Below are positions 62,755 through 64,000 of a stretch of DNA of 64,000 nucleotides, one piece after another. The stretch spans positions 61,442,001 through 61,506,000 of the forward strand of contig OX597814.1 of assembly GCA_951406725.2 (NCBI GenBank), given 5' to 3'. The DNA is from Octopus vulgaris (taxonomy: Eukaryota). Under the pieces are notes generated by a model, which saw nothing but the letters and a program-made list of their open reading frames with translations, was not told the origin of the DNA and searched no databases. A program made the translations under genes and the position numbers. Within the stretch, counting starts at the first letter, position 1, and every line of letters begins with the position of its first letter.

Positions 62755-63311
62755 GATGTGCGAAGTTAAGTCCCATGTACATAGTCCCATGGTTTCGACT
62801 GTTGCCCAATGACCAATTTGTACAGGTGGGAATTTAGATTGTCATGCAAAATACACCTTACTAATCTATTACCAATGCTAGGTTCAGTGGAATGCCTCTG
62901 AGCAGAGCAATTAGGACTCCGTATCAAAGCTTGTCTGACGTATTCCACATTTTCTGGGGTCCTTACCGTTTTCCCCCCCACTGATCTCCTATTCCTTTGT
63001 GTACCTTGTATATGAAGTGCATTCACCCAACATAAGATTGTGTCATGGGTGGGAACAGACTGATTTTGTTGAATATTGAAGTAACTCCGAAACTCATGCT
63101 GAACTGCTGCAACAGACTCATTATTCTTCACATAACTGTCATAGGTAAACACGTGGTGCTCTATCGTCCACCGCACCATGGCTTCACCTGAAAAGAAAAA
63201 AAAAATTGCTAAGACACCATAGACCGAATGATACCGCTCAGACATATGTCCCTCCCACTGGGGCTGGGTAATAGCCATTTCAAAAACGTCCGTCCTCTCT
63301 ACCTCACCTTG
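62755..63311 (-). mobile_element. Tc1/mariner transposon 5' part (HTH region)
   Basis: MVRWTIEHHVFTYDSY...VQHEFRSYFN...VPTHDTILCWV...KTVRTPENVEYVR...SPNCS; terminus TA-caaggtgaggtagagagg in reverse complement. Confidence 0.8.
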
Positions 63312-63565
63312 TATATGTGTATATATATATATATATGTATATATCTGTGTGTGTGTTTCTATGTTTGTTCCCCCCCCCCTCCATCACCTGGAGTTGGTGT
63401 GTATACATGCCCTTAATTTAGTGGTTCAGCAAATGTGACCAATAGAATAAGTATTAGATTTCAAAAATAAACCCTGGTGTCGCTTTGTTCGACTAAAATC
63501 CTTCAAAGTGGTGCTCTAGCATGGCCATAGTCAAATGACTGAAACAAGTAAAAGAATATATATAT

Positions 63566-63941
63566 TCTTTTATTTGTTTCAGTCATTTGACTGTGACCAT
63601 GCTAGAGCATCACTTTTAGTCGAACAAATCGACCCCAGGACTTATTCTTTGTAAGCCTAGTACTTATTCTATCGGTCTCTTTTGCTGAGCCAGTAAGTTA
63701 CGGGGACATACACACACCAACATTGGTTGTCAAGCAATGGTGGGGGGAAAAACACAGACACACAAACATATATATATACGTTGGGCTTCTTTCAGTTTCT
63801 GTCTACCAAATCCACTCATAAGGCTTTGGTCGGCCCAAGGCTGTAGTAGAAGACACTTGTCCAAGGTGCCATGCAGTGAGACTGAACCTGGAACCATGTG
63901 GTTGGTAAGCAAGCTTCTTACCACACAGCCACTCCTCTGCC
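63566..63941 (-). mobile_element. SINE family A, full length, tail-to-tail with a + strand partial copy (63330-63556)
   Basis: Reverse complement of family A from head to tail. Confidence 0.85.
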
Positions 63942-64000
63942 TATATATAAGCATCTGTGAGCTAATGTAGTTTATTGCATAATTCGTAGTTACTTACTCA

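Overview
AT-rich eukaryotic genomic DNA, very probably a cephalopod (Octopus-like SINE/RTE repertoire, mollusc-type kinesin). Bases 1-12940 hold the 3' two-thirds of a kinesin-1 heavy chain gene on the + strand: 13 GT-AG coding exons with mutually consistent phases, about 645 codons from the neck linker to the IAK tail. A 3'UTR intron follows, then a putative ~5 kb TE-free 3'UTR to about 19.7 kb. From 20 to 52 kb is a transposon graveyard: tRNA-derived SINEs, RTE LINE ends, a Penelope GIY-YIG remnant, Tigger, Tc1/mariner, Chapaev3 and hAT remnants, TTAA- and hAT-type MITEs, a solo LTR and a 0.5 kb local duplication. From 52 to 60 kb is a CpG-retaining promoter-like zone with two candidate phase-1 alternative first exons of an unidentified + strand gene, followed by LINE ends, a five-copy SINE stack and an inverted SINE pair. 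The most interesting leads are genomic Lys/Asn codons at conserved Arg/Glu/acidic kinesin positions that one A-to-I edit would restore, a 9-nt microexon candidate, 3'UTR hairpins, a degenerate Penelope-type hammerhead next to a foldback, and hints of a hidden minus-strand transcript. No novel system is demonstrated from sequence alone. TE family names and homolog residues come from motif recall, not database searches, and TE boundaries are approximate.
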